This document shows positions 53,790 through 60,824 of a stretch of DNA of 60,824 nt, in pieces (the stretch's first letter is position 1; each line of letters starts with the position of its first letter). The position numbers were made by a program, and so were the translations under genes. A model generated the notes under the pieces. The model saw nothing but the letters and a program-made list of their open reading frames with translations. It searched no databases and was not told where the DNA came from. Source of the stretch: Planctomycetota bacterium (GTDB lineage Bacteria > Planctomycetota > Phycisphaerae > Phycisphaerales > UBA1924). The stretch covers positions 1-60,824 of the forward strand of contig JAFEBN010000001.1 in the NCBI GenBank assembly GCA_018242645.1. The letters are read 5' to 3'.

Positions 53790-55739
53790 ATGGTCCGCCA
53801 ACACCTGTTCTTCAGTCTCTGCGGGCTCGGTCTCGGTTCCGTCGCCCTGGCCCAGAACATCACCAGCATCGGCGTGCTGCCGGGCGACACGATCTCCAAA
53901 GCGTGGGCGCTCAGTGCGGATGGAAAAACGGTGGTCGGATCGAGCCGCACGGCCTCGACCGCCGGCACGGCCGTTCGCTGGAATGCGAATGTTCTGTCGA
54001 GCCTGGGCTATCTGGGGACGGGGACGTCATCGGAGGCGTTCGGTGTCTCCCCAAATGGTCTTTTCGTCGCCGGTAACGGGAACGACAATGTCAACGGTCA
54101 GATGGCCTTCAAGTGGGCCAGTCCCGGACCAATGGCCGCGCTCGCCGCAGCACCCTCGCTGATTCAGTTGAACGGCGCGACGGGCGTCGATGCGGCGGGA
54201 AGCAAGTACGTCGGTACGTACAACGTGATCGCCGGTCTTGGCGTGTACCCGCGCGCCGCCCTGTGGACGGGCGCCACGCTCACGACGCTCTCTGCCCAAG
54301 CCGGCTCCATCGCATCGGTCGCGAGCAAGATCACACCCGATGGCCAGTACATCGTGGGCGATTTCGGTCCCGGCGTGGGAATGCTCGGCAACAACTACAA
54401 CCCCATCGCTCGCGTGTGGACGACGCCCACGACGTGGTTCACCGTCGGCACGCTGCCCGGCGGCACGTGGTCCACCGGGATCGCCATCAGCGACAACGGG
54501 CAGGTGGTCGCCGGTTCGGGCGACAACGGCGTGGCCAGCCAGCGGGCCTATCGCTGGACCGGCGCGGGCATCGAGGACATGGGCACGCTGCCCACCACCA
54601 ACCCATTGACCGGCTGGTCGCGGACCCACGCGATGACTCCGGATGGTCTGGTCATCGTGGGCGCGGGTTCGATGGATCTGACGCTCTCGAACCGGGCCGC
54701 GATGATCTCGAGCGGTGCGGGTCTTCAGAATCTCAACGACTATCTGCCAACCGTTGGCGTCAATCTCGCCGGCTGGAGCCTGTGGGAGACCACCGGCGTC
54801 AGCGCCGACGGCACGGTGCTGGTCGGCAACGGCACGTACTTCGGCCAGGAACGCGGATGGATCGTGCGCGACATTCCTTCCGTGTGCGCACCGAAGATCT
54901 ATCAGAACTCGTCGGCGCCCGCGGTCTTCTGCGCCGGCGGGTTCGGGTTCGTGAGCGTCACCGCGCTCGCGCCGCATCCCTCCGTCAGCCTGCACTACCA
55001 GTGGTACAAGAAGGTCGGCAAGAACAACATCCCGATCTTCAACGGCACGACCGGCGGCGGGTCGGTCATCGGCGGGGCGCAGTCGCCGCTCATGACGTTC
55101 AATCCGGGTTTCCCGGATGTTGCGGGCAACTACTTCTGTGTTGTCAGCGGCGGGTGCTCGGACTCGGCGACCCAGCTCTGGCCCGTGACCGTGATCACCG
55201 ATGCGCCGATTCCCGGCCCGGCGCCGCTGCCGCTTTCGATTTGCCCACCCGGTTCCTTCGGATGGTCGGTCACCGGCACCAATCCGGGCGCAGGCCCCTT
55301 CACCCACCAGTGGTACTTCGAAAGCCCGAAGTTCAGCAACAACTGGCTGCCCCTCGCCGACGGCTCAACCCAGCTCGCCTTTGGCGTTCCCGGCGGGATC
55401 GTCAGCGGTTCGGGCGCTCAGGGCATGATGATCTCCGCCGCCCCCGGCAAGACGCTCAAGCTCGCGCACAACACCCGCTACAAGTGCCGCGTCTTCAATG
55501 TCTGCACGTTCACCGATAGCCCGCTGGGCGTCGTCAATATCTGCCTGGGCGATCTGAATTGCGACGGTGGCGTGGACGATACCGACTTCGCGATTTTCGC
55601 CCTCGCCTACGACCTGCTCGATTGCAACGACCCGCTCATGCCAGCCAACTGCGGCGCGGATATCAACGGCGACGGCGTGGTCGACGATGCAGACTTCTCG
55701 CTTTTCTGCAACGCCTACAACGATTTCGTCTGCCCCTGA
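53790..55739 (+). CDS. Secreted HAF-type repeat protein with two Ig-like domains and a dockerin-like C-terminal tail
   Basis: ATG follows GAGGAGG. Signal peptide MVRQHLFFSLCGLGLGSVALAQ. Repeated ~45-aa units of the type G..S.A.gvS.dG..vvG. Two Ig-like units (HYQWYKK...AGNYFCVVSGGC; THQWYFES...YKCRVFNVC). The tail begins CLGDLNCDGGVDDTDF. Confidence 0.75.
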   Translation: MVRQHLFFSLCGLGLGSVALAQNITSIGVLPGDTISKAWALSADGKTVVGSSRTASTAGTAVRWNANVLSSLGYLGTGTSSEAFGVSPNGLFVAGNGNDNVNGQMAFKWASPGPMAALAAAPSLIQLNGATGVDAAGSKYVGTYNVIAGLGVYPRAALWTGATLTTLSAQAGSIASVASKITPDGQYIVGDFGPGVGMLGNNYNPIARVWTTPTTWFTVGTLPGGTWSTGIAISDNGQVVAGSGDNGVASQRAYRWTGAGIEDMGTLPTTNPLTGWSRTHAMTPDGLVIVGAGSMDLTLSNRAAMISSGAGLQNLNDYLPTVGVNLAGWSLWETTGVSADGTVLVGNGTYFGQERGWIVRDIPSVCAPKIYQNSSAPAVFCAGGFGFVSVTALAPHPSVSLHYQWYKKVGKNNIPIFNGTTGGGSVIGGAQSPLMTFNPGFPDVAGNYFCVVSGGCSDSATQLWPVTVITDAPIPGPAPLPLSICPPGSFGWSVTGTNPGAGPFTHQWYFESPKFSNNWLPLADGSTQLAFGVPGGIVSGSGAQGMMISAAPGKTLKLAHNTRYKCRVFNVCTFTDSPLGVVNICLGDLNCDGGVDDTDFAIFALAYDLLDCNDPLMPANCGADINGDGVVDDADFSLFCNAYNDFVCP

Positions 55740-55779
55740 AACGCGGATAACGCCGAACACACGCCCGCGAATCGGGGCG

Positions 55780-56604
55780 TTACGAGGCCTTGATGCCCAG
55801 GGGCGAACGGGCCGGTTCGCCATCGGCGCGCGGGTAATCCCGGGGTGTGGCGCTGCGCTTTTCGAGAATCACGATCCGGCCCGTCGGCGTGGGCAATGTC
55901 TCGACGTGCACCACTTTCAGAAGGTGCATGGCACGCTCGGCTTCTTTGAGTTCCTCTTCCGCTTTTTCCCCCTTGATCAGCAGGACGCTGCCCCCGATGC
56001 GGCAGAGCGGCGCCGTCAGTTCGACCAGCGTCGCCAGACGCCCAACCGCCCGCGACACGACCACGTCGTACGTCTCGCGATGCCCCCCCGAATGAGTCAC
56101 CGTGCCGAAGCTGTCCCCGCGCACGCCCCGATCGTGCGCGACGCGCTCCGATCGGCCGCACAGCACCGTGACGTTTTTCAGGGCGAGCCGGCTCGCGACC
56201 TGCGTCAGGAAGTCGCACTTCTTTGCGGTCGCTTCGAGCAGCGTGAATCGGATGTGCGGCATCACGATCGCCAGCGGCATGCCCGGAAGGCCGCCCCCGC
56301 TGCCGACATCGATGACCTTTGCGCCATCCGGGAATTCGGCGATCGCCGGGAGAAGCGTCAGCGAGTCCAGAATGTGCCGGCGCCAGGCCTCTGCCGCGTC
56401 GCGGATGGCGGTGAGGTTCTGACTCTCATTGGCCTTCATCAGCAGCGCGAGGTACAGGCCCAGCTTCTCGACGTCCCCCGCTTCGAACTCGATGCCAAGC
56501 GCCTGCGTCGCCGACACAAACTCCGGGGGCGGCGTCATCGCCGTCACCTCGGCCTTGCTCACGTCCAGTTTCGCTCGGTCACGGGTTGGTCGCGGAGGGT
56601 TCAC
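55780..56604 (-). CDS. rsmG: 16S rRNA (guanine527-N7)-methyltransferase RsmG (GidB)
   Basis: NLTAIRD...WRRHILDSL and VIDVGSGGGLPGMPLAI motifs. GTG 56604 overlaps the upstream stop (GTGA). An alternative ATG is at 56538. Confidence 0.85.
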   Translation of the reverse strand: MNPPRPTRDRAKLDVSKAEVTAMTPPPEFVSATQALGIEFEAGDVEKLGLYLALLMKANESQNLTAIRDAAEAWRRHILDSLTLLPAIAEFPDGAKVIDVGSGGGLPGMPLAIVMPHIRFTLLEATAKKCDFLTQVASRLALKNVTVLCGRSERVAHDRGVRGDSFGTVTHSGGHRETYDVVVSRAVGRLATLVELTAPLCRIGGSVLLIKGEKAEEELKEAERAMHLLKVVHVETLPTPTGRIVILEKRSATPRDYPRADGEPARSPLGIKAS

Positions 56605-57842
56605 TCGTCGTCAGAGTATTCAAAGCTCTTGCGCTGCGGCAGCCTCGACTGACGCACGCTCACCGAAAAAATCAGGCCCACCATCATCCAGCTCGCGATC
56701 AGGCTGGACCCCCCGTACGAAACGAACGGCAGCGTGATCCCCACAATCGGCGCCAGCCCCACGTTCATCGCGATGTTCACTACCGCCTGGGTGGAAACAA
56801 ACGTGGCCAATCCAACCACGATCAGCCGGCCGAACGGCTCCTTCGCCAGCGCCGCGGTCAGCAGAGCGCCCGCGATCCACACGCCGTAGAGCCCGATGAC
56901 CACGGCCCCCCCCAGCAGCCCGAACCGGTTCACCAGCACGGAATAGATCATGTCCGTGTGACGCTCGGGCAGGCGGCTGAAGTGCACCAGCGCCCGGGAT
57001 CGCTCATCGCTCGTGCCCGAGACACCACCCGCCCCCACCAGCGACTGCGCCGTGATGGGCTGGAAGTTGATGTCCTGGTCGAGCTGCTTGTTGCCCTGGA
57101 TCTGCGCGAGCAGACCGTTGATGCGTTGCTTCTGGTGCGGCTTCAGCAGCGGATAACTCAGCGGCGCCGCCATCGCCGCGGCAATGACGATCAGGACCAG
57201 GTGCCGCTTCTTCGCGCCCGCGGCAAGCAGCATCGCGAACAGCGCCGGCACAAACATCATCGCGCTGCCAAGGTCCGGCTGCAAGGTGATGAGTGCGATC
57301 GGAATGCCCGCGATGATCGCCGGCGGGATCAGCCCGCCCGGCCGCCGGTGATTGCTGCGGAAGCGAAGGTAATTTGACAGCACCAGCACGAACGCGATCT
57401 TGGCCAGTTCGCTCGGCTGGATGTCGAAGACGCCCAGGTTGATCCAGCCGCGTGCACCGTTGCGGGGACGCACCAGCGACTCGGGGACACCGGGCACCAG
57501 CAGAAAGACGAGCAGTCCGAGCACCATCACCGCGATCGCCATCGCGGCATAGCTGAGCCAGCGATAGTCCGGGAGCGCGATGAGCACGGCGCTCACGACG
57601 CCCACGCCCAGCAGCACCAGTTGCTTGATCGCCACCTGATCCAGCCCCGCAACAGTCACCGGATCGGCGCGGAGCTGACGGGCAAGATCGATCCCGTACA
57701 CCCCCAGCAGCGAGAGCCCGAGCGATGCCAGCACCGTCAGCCAGGCCGGGTTCAGCGGTCGAACGACTGCGCGCACCGCGTCCCAAGCTCCCGCGCGAGC
57801 GGGAGAACCGGCGAGCACGATCTGGTTGAGCGTCCGCGGCAA
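56601..57842 (-). CDS. SEDS-family peptidoglycan polymerase (FtsW/RodA/SpoVE family)
   Basis: About 10 TM helices. Conserved FDIQPSELAKIAFVLVLSNYL, LQPDLGSAMMF and GITLPFVSYGGSS blocks. TTG start at 57842 (GTG at 57818 is also possible). Confidence 0.88.
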   Translation of the reverse strand: MPRTLNQIVLAGSPARAGAWDAVRAVVRPLNPAWLTVLASLGLSLLGVYGIDLARQLRADPVTVAGLDQVAIKQLVLLGVGVVSAVLIALPDYRWLSYAAMAIAVMVLGLLVFLLVPGVPESLVRPRNGARGWINLGVFDIQPSELAKIAFVLVLSNYLRFRSNHRRPGGLIPPAIIAGIPIALITLQPDLGSAMMFVPALFAMLLAAGAKKRHLVLIVIAAAMAAPLSYPLLKPHQKQRINGLLAQIQGNKQLDQDINFQPITAQSLVGAGGVSGTSDERSRALVHFSRLPERHTDMIYSVLVNRFGLLGGAVVIGLYGVWIAGALLTAALAKEPFGRLIVVGLATFVSTQAVVNIAMNVGLAPIVGITLPFVSYGGSSLIASWMMVGLIFSVSVRQSRLPQRKSFEYSDDE

Positions 57843-57912
57843 GGTGCACAGCCTACGGCCCCGGGCGAGCTTGCCGCGAGGCCAGTGGGCCTGATCGGCC
57901 CGATGGACGCGT

Positions 57913-58677
<765 letters not shown>

Positions 58678-59065
58678 CAGAACGCTCCGGGCGGGTGCGC
58701 CCAGTCGGAAGTTCGCCGGACGCAGAATGCGTCCCGCGATCTCCCTCGTACAAACCGCGTTCGGCAGCGATGGCTCGACGGTCGTCAAAGTCCCACGGAC
58801 TCGGACGGCCTGCGAGCCGGTCGCTCCCGATTGCCCGGAGAACCTCCGGGCACACGACCAGCGACCCCTCTCCTCGGGGCCGTTCGTGATCCTACGGGAA
58901 AGCCGTCCCGACGCCAAGACTTTTATACAAAGTTTCCGTACGCAACCCGAACATCAAAGTCCGAAAGGTGGAGTCGGGCGGGGGGCCGGTCTATCGTCTT
59001 GACCCTGAATTTTCGGCTTCACCCCGTTCGCGAGCGCGACCGGCCCGAGCCTTGAGGTACGCACC

Positions 59066-59206
59066 ATGCATTACCCCCATCGCACCAGCCGCATCAAGCG
59101 CAAGCGCGCCATCGGGTTCCGCGCCCGCATGAAGACCACGCACGGTCGCAAGATGATGAACCGTAAGCGTCGCGCCGGCCGCAGCTTGAACGTCGCCGAC
59201 AAGTAA
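59066..59206 (+). CDS. rpmH: 50S ribosomal protein L34
   Basis: Hand-translated and absent from the ORF track because it is under 60 aa: MHYPHRTSRIKRKRAIGFRARMKTTHGRKMMNRKRRAGRSLNVADK. This matches the L34 pattern (..R.HGFRARM.T..GR.....RR.KGR..L). GAGGT lies 7 nt upstream; TAA stop at 59204-59206. Confidence 0.92.
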   Translation: MHYPHRTSRIKRKRAIGFRARMKTTHGRKMMNRKRRAGRSLNVADK

Positions 59207-59210
59207 AGCC

Positions 59211-60824
59211 TCAGAGCTTGACGCCGAGCGCCTGGGCCACCCGGGCGGCATCCTGTTTTTGCCCCGCCTCGATCAGCGTCGCCAGATAGAGCCGTCCGAG
59301 CCGGTACCAGTTCGACTGCGCGGCGAAATCGGCGTTCAGCGATCGCGGCGGCTTTGTCCGCGCCCACGCTTTACCCAGCATGTCGGCACCCTCGCCGATC
59401 GACTTCCCATTGGTCTTCAGCAGCGCCAGCATCCGGCGCCCGGCCTCGACGGAGAACGGGCAGGTATCGGCGTACAGGTTCAGAATCCAGTCGTAGCACT
59501 CCCATGCCTTGTCGGGCTGGTGACGCCGCTCGAACATCGCCGCCTGGTTGAATCGCACGATCGACGCCAGGTCGCCATTGTGTTTGATCGCGGCAAACAG
59601 CCAGTTCCACAGGTCGTTCTGCGACTCGTCATCCGCCGACTGGATCACGGGAATCAGGCACTCGATCGCGAACGCGGCATATCCGTTCCCCATCGTCTTC
59701 AGAATCGCCTCCCCCCACCGATCGCGCTGCGCCTTTGACCAGTTGCCGTTCACGCCCACCGCGACACCCAATCGCCACGCCCGGACGGATGCCTGGCTCA
59801 GGTCCACCGCCGCCTCGGAAATCGCCAGCAGCTTCTTCACATCCTCGGCGCTCAACTTAGGCGCCGACGCCGCGGCATCGTCTTCTTCCTCCTCGACGCT
59901 TTCATTCTTCTTCTCCCCAGTGCTTTCCGCGGGCTTCTTGGGCGGAATCAGCTTGATCGAGAGCTGGGACCCCGCGTCCTCCAAAGCCGTTGCACGCTGG
60001 CGCTTCTCACTGGGCGTGAGCGCGAGCGCCGCACGCAGGCAAAGTTCCGCCTCGGTCACGGTGTATCCCGTCTGCGGATCGGTCACCACGCCCATCACGG
60101 CGCGATACTCCGGATACCGGCCCTTCAGGGTGTCAAAGGTCGCTGACTTGGGAGTCCACTGCAGGTACGCCACCCATGCGTGGCTCACCTCGGCGCTACG
60201 GCCCCGCATGATCGCAGCAGGAATGCCGCCCGACTTCGCCACGTTCGACGCGAAGTACGCCTGATCGATGCACACGCCCCCGTACTTCAGGATGTTCTGC
60301 AGCGAAAACCCTTCGGTCGTGACTTTCTTGGCTGCTCCCTGGACGAAGTGGTTGTAGTCATACTGCACATCGAAATAGCGCTCGCCGATGCTGCGATTGG
60401 CTTTGTACGCATTCAGCGCCCATTCGAGCTCCGAAATCTTCGCCGTTGTGTCAACGACGTACACCAACAACTGAGGCGGCACGCCTTCCAGGCCCAGCGG
60501 GAATCGCTCCGCGTTGTCCGCGAAGAAGCCGAAGAGCTTGACCGGATCATCCGCCTTCACGGTGTTTTCGTTGGCCCGGGTCGTCACCTCGCGATCATGC
60601 ACCACGCAGATGGCGGCGCCGAGCGTCGCGAACCGGTCCAGCCGCTTGCCTTCCAGCCGCCAGAGCTTGGCCGCCAGTGCGGTCACTTTTTCCAGGTCGT
60701 CGCGGGAGGAAAACGTCATCGCCAGTTCGTTCGCAAAGCGCGGCGCGCCCTTCATCGACGCCAGAAACGCTTCGCGCGAGGTCTTGTCGCTCGCAGCGCC
60801 GACCAGCATCGCCAGTCGGTCGGC
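59211..60824 (-). CDS. Large protein with transglutaminase-like (Cys-His-Asp) core and helical-repeat C-terminal region; N-terminus may lie outside the window
   Basis: GGVCIDQAYFASNVAKSGGIPAAIMRGRSAEVSHAWVAYL fits the transglutaminase-like core pattern (C...GIPAR...HAW). First in-window ATG is at 60809, but the frame stays open to the window edge (..ADRLA-MLVG). Confidence 0.55.
   Translation of the reverse strand, partial: ADRLAMLVGAASDKTSREAFLASMKGAPRFANELAMTFSSRDDLEKVTALAAKLWRLEGKRLDRFATLGAAICVVHDREVTTRANENTVKADDPVKLFGFFADNAERFPLGLEGVPPQLLVYVVDTTAKISELEWALNAYKANRSIGERYFDVQYDYNHFVQGAAKKVTTEGFSLQNILKYGGVCIDQAYFASNVAKSGGIPAAIMRGRSAEVSHAWVAYLQWTPKSATFDTLKGRYPEYRAVMGVVTDPQTGYTVTEAELCLRAALALTPSEKRQRATALEDAGSQLSIKLIPPKKPAESTGEKKNESVEEEEDDAAASAPKLSAEDVKKLLAISEAAVDLSQASVRAWRLGVAVGVNGNWSKAQRDRWGEAILKTMGNGYAAFAIECLIPVIQSADDESQNDLWNWLFAAIKHNGDLASIVRFNQAAMFERRHQPDKAWECYDWILNLYADTCPFSVEAGRRMLALLKTNGKSIGEGADMLGKAWARTKPPRSLNADFAAQSNWYRLGRLYLATLIEAGQKQDAARVAQALGVKL

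Noticed and set aside
55740-55779. Terminator hairpin between the HAF-protein gene and rsmG (TAACGCC...GGCGTTA)
   Set aside because: The stem is only 7 bp, the loop is about 21 nt and neither strand has a T-run. This is too weak to call.
58678-59065. RNase P RNA, SRP RNA, tmRNA or oriC with DnaA boxes in the rnc-rpmH spacer
   Set aside because: Only weak fragments are present (AAAGTCCG; TTATACAAA versus the TTATCCACA consensus, 2 mismatches). The conserved cores (GAGGAAAGUCCGGGC, the SRP GGAA tetraloop context, a tmRNA tRNA-like end) are absent. A covariance-model scan is still needed.

Overview
This is a 60.8-kb, high-GC, densely coding chromosomal segment. A DUF1559-type prepilin-like protein, an ECF sigma/anti-sigma pair, many lipobox lipoproteins, a HAF-type repeat protein and dockerin-like C-terminal tails suggest Planctomycetota, probably Phycisphaerae-like (inference only). 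I call 47 CDS (two run off the window edges, and one, rpmH, is absent from the supplied ORF track). I also call one tRNA-Ala(UGC), three hairpin terminators and one short hexanucleotide repeat. Many starts were re-placed inside the supplied ORFs using signal peptides, SD motifs, conserved N-termini and 4-nt start/stop overlaps.

Content by region:
- 0.3-2.5 kb: FAD oxidoreductase and tpiA.
- 2.7-8.3 kb: three tandem S8 proteases.
- 8.5-10.4 kb: a long coiled-coil, two-TM protein.
- 10.4-15.1 kb: ECF sigma/anti-sigma, pseudopilin-like protein, cyclophilin, an OMP and tRNA-Ala.
- 15.2-18.4 kb: DUF4105 protein, patatin lipoprotein and a Gly-zipper lipoprotein.
- 18.5-22.9 kb: RND efflux pair.
- 23-36 kb: a nutrient-scavenging block (glutaminase, MFS, asparaginase, porin, ThrE, M20, AbgT, SLC13, M28).
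- 36-42.4 kb: secG, yicC, a PDZ protein, an HD-type (p)ppGpp hydrolase-like gene and a GH35 beta-galactosidase.
- 42.8-47.9 kb: TolC-like OMF, a methyltransferase, two bactofilin-like genes and a hypothetical secreted protein.
- 47.9-53.6 kb: a GT2/CE4/GT-C cassette behind acs.
- 53.8-60.8 kb: a HAF/Ig/dockerin-like protein, then rsmG, a SEDS protein, rnc, rpmH and a transglutaminase-like protein.

I saw no rRNA, CRISPR array, transposase, integrase, prophage or canonical defence system.

The strongest candidates for something undescribed are:
1. A Cys-bracketed 62-65-aa double DxNxDG tail shared by four secreted proteins, including the protease trio.
2. The translationally coupled GT2-deacetylase-GT-C cassette, which follows ArnCDT/LgmABC logic but has a different GT-C family.
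3. A bactofilin plus zinc-ribbon-bactofilin pair.

All functional calls rest on motif recognition by eye and memory. No searches were run.
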